DNA of 62,990 bases, the filler included, from Saprolegnia diclina VS20 (taxonomy: Eukaryota): NCBI RefSeq assembly GCF_000281045.1. It is 5 parts of 2 records of this genome, joined end to end, with 100 filler letters (N's around TTAATTAATTAA, not from the genome) between each part and the next. Parts side by side here need not be neighbours in the genome. Positions count along the whole stretch, not along the records: positions 58,572 to 62,990 come from NW_008246080.1; 4 more parts are not named here. The stretch is one strand, 5' to 3'. A program made the position numbers and the translations under genes. Of this stretch, positions 60,225 to 62,990 are shown in pieces (position 1 is the stretch's first letter; every line of letters begins with the position of its first letter). Under the pieces are notes generated by a model that was not told where the DNA came from, made no database searches, and worked only from the letters and a program-made list of their open reading frames with translations.

Positions 60225-60357
60225 GTCGATAGTCGAATCCAGTCAACGCAATCTTGTCGTATGGGCCCTAACCCTCGTCGTTTCAGGATTGACTAAACTG
60301 GTGGTTTGTATCAGCTGCGTCTCGAGAGGTGGCTGGACGGCGCAAGATACAAACCAA
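60225..60357 (+). repeat. 133-bp repeat, copy 1 (inverted copy at 62858-62990)
   Basis: Near-identical reverse complement of 62858-62990, with only a few substitutions. Confidence 0.92.
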
Positions 60358-60374
60358 GTTGCGACGAAGCGGGC

Positions 60375-60701
60375 ATGGCCTCTAGCTTCTTTGCGTACGT
60401 CGGCGCGACGGGCACATGCAAGAACGTTCCGAGCTTGACACCTCTCATGGTCTCGAATTGCGCTGGCCTCTGGGACGCTTCGGCGTCGATTTGCACGATT
60501 GACCAGCCGTCGATGGTCGCTGGCCAGTGCCGAGGAACGTGGACGCCAGTCGTTTCCGCTTGCACCTGCTCGTCGGGCTCGGCGTGCCCCGTCTCGGGCG
60601 TCTGCTCCATGTGCCTGGTCAACGGTGTGTGCACGAAGTCCTTTCCCGCGGCCGCCGATTGCATTACATACCTGCCCGACGCCAAGTGGTGCGGTCTCTG
60701 A
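60375..60701 (+). CDS. Small Cys-rich protein paralogue B
   Basis: CAGLWDASASICTIDQP..CTCSSGSACPVSGVCSMCLVNGVC..DC..KWCGL. Confidence 0.7.
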   Translation: MASSFFAYVGATGTCKNVPSLTPLMVSNCAGLWDASASICTIDQPSMVAGQCRGTWTPVVSACTCSSGSACPVSGVCSMCLVNGVCTKSFPAAADCITYLPDAKWCGL

Positions 60702-61035
60702 CTCCCTTGAATGTGTTGGCGGCAGTGTAGTAAAATCTATACAAACTATAATGATGAAGAGTTGTGGGAAATTTGTCATGTAAGACACTTGCTATAAAGA
60801 TGACTGCATGCCAGGGTGAACCCCTGACTGTAGCATCCAGAGAAAATTGGGCACTTGATCGCCGCTCGTTCAGTCGAGTTCGGAGCGATGGAATTACCGG
60901 AGGCGAACCTCTACGGCGATGGATAGGTTGTGTTGGGGACTTGTCTATCAAATAACGAGTTGTCAAGACAATGGCACAGTATAACGTTATATTACATCTA
61001 CAAGCGGGAGGACTTTACAAATGCAAAGACCTCGT

Positions 61036-62109
<1,074 letters not shown>

Positions 62110-62296
62110 CTATCTCTCCAGTGCTATCTACGGTATCTTGGTTTCCGAGATTCCTCGCCAAAAGAGTTTGCCCTCTGATGGTATCACGCAAGGATGGAAG
62201 CGTGACGGCATCAACAACATTTGTCTTGGAGTTAATTGCTGTAGAAATAGATGGTTGAATTTCCTTCAATCAACACGCGTCCAGGCCGCAAAGAGC

Positions 62297-62839
62297 TCAC
62301 TTGCCGCACCACTTGGCACCGACGTTCAAGACGACGCAGTCAGCTGCCACAGAGAACGCACTCGTACATACGCCGTTGGCGAGGCACCCGCCGCACATGC
62401 CCGACGACGGACACGCCGACCCCATGGTGCAGGCGCACGTCGTCGCCGTCTGCGCCGGTGGTGGCGTCGGTGGCGACGTCGTTGTCGGGGCAGGCGTTGA
62501 TGGACGCGGCGTCTCCGGTGGCGGCGTGGTCGGTGGCGGCGTGGTTGGTGGCGGCGTGGTCGGTGGCGGTAATGTTGTGCCTATTTCAGTTACCGGCGCC
62601 GTGGTTCCCGGCATGGTCGTCGTAGGTGGCGTTGGCCTCGGAGGCATCGGTGCGACTGGAATCCACACGCCGCCCAGTTGCTTGCACTGCGGTGAGAGCA
62701 TCAATGGCACTTGGATCGTGCACACGGAAGCTTTCGCATCCCACACTCCCGAACACGTCGCTTGTGTGACGCGCGGATTGCTGAGAACGTTACTGCACGT
62801 TGAGAACGGACTCACGAACGTCGACGTCCCGAGCCCCAT
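62297..62839 (-). CDS. Small Cys-rich protein paralogue D with PPPTT linker
   Basis: MGLGTS..CSGVWDAKASVCTIQ..QC..GGVW, a Pro/Thr linker, then CACTMGSACPSSGMCGGCLANGVC..DC..KWCGK. Confidence 0.72.
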   Translation of the reverse strand: MGLGTSTFVSPFSTCSNVLSNPRVTQATCSGVWDAKASVCTIQVPLMLSPQCKQLGGVWIPVAPMPPRPTPPTTTMPGTTAPVTEIGTTLPPPTTPPPTTPPPTTPPPETPRPSTPAPTTTSPPTPPPAQTATTCACTMGSACPSSGMCGGCLANGVCTSAFSVAADCVVLNVGAKWCGK

Positions 62840-62857
62840 GGTGCTCCACCCCTCCAG

Positions 62858-62990
62858 TTGGTTTGTATCCTGCGCCGTCCAGCCACCTCTCGAGACGCAG
62901 CTGATACAAACCACCAGTCTAGTCAATCCTGAAACGACGAGGGTTAGGGCCCATACCACAAGATTACGTTGACTCGATTCGACTATCGAC
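62858..62990 (-). repeat. 133-bp repeat, copy 2 (runs to the window edge)
   Basis: Reverse complement of 60225-60357. Confidence 0.92.

Overview
Gene-dense, GC-rich eukaryotic DNA with very short (about 43-55 nt) GT-AG introns and oomycete-type INR/FPR core promoters. This, plus the gene content (GH17-ricin fusion, AAAP permease array, CE4 deacetylases), points to an oomycete, probably Saprolegniales (inference). The left part holds four intronless amino-acid permease paralogues between three CE4 polysaccharide deacetylase paralogues. The best novel-system candidate is at about 17.2-31.4 kb: a two-module ATP-grasp amino-acid ligase, an acyl-CoA-binding protein, a bacterial-style fatty acyl-AMP ligase-ACP-alpha-oxoamine synthase (FAAL-ACP-AOS) fusion, a divergently transcribed second FAAL copy and a fifth permease. 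Together these look like a eukaryotic gene cluster for an aminoketone or amino-acylated lipid. The right part is mostly housekeeping: two ADP/ATP carriers (one with a Lys-to-Gln change at a substrate-binding site), Rogdi-like, Zn-finger, Serinc, phosducin-like, ARL8, CDKL kinase, V-ATPase D and GH17-CBM13. It ends in four small Cys-rich paralogues linked to a 133-bp inverted repeat that contains a hairpin. Four artificial N44-TTAATTAATTAA-N44 linkers and one 155-N gap interrupt the window, so adjacency across them is uncertain. All family assignments come from motif recognition by eye; no searches were run.
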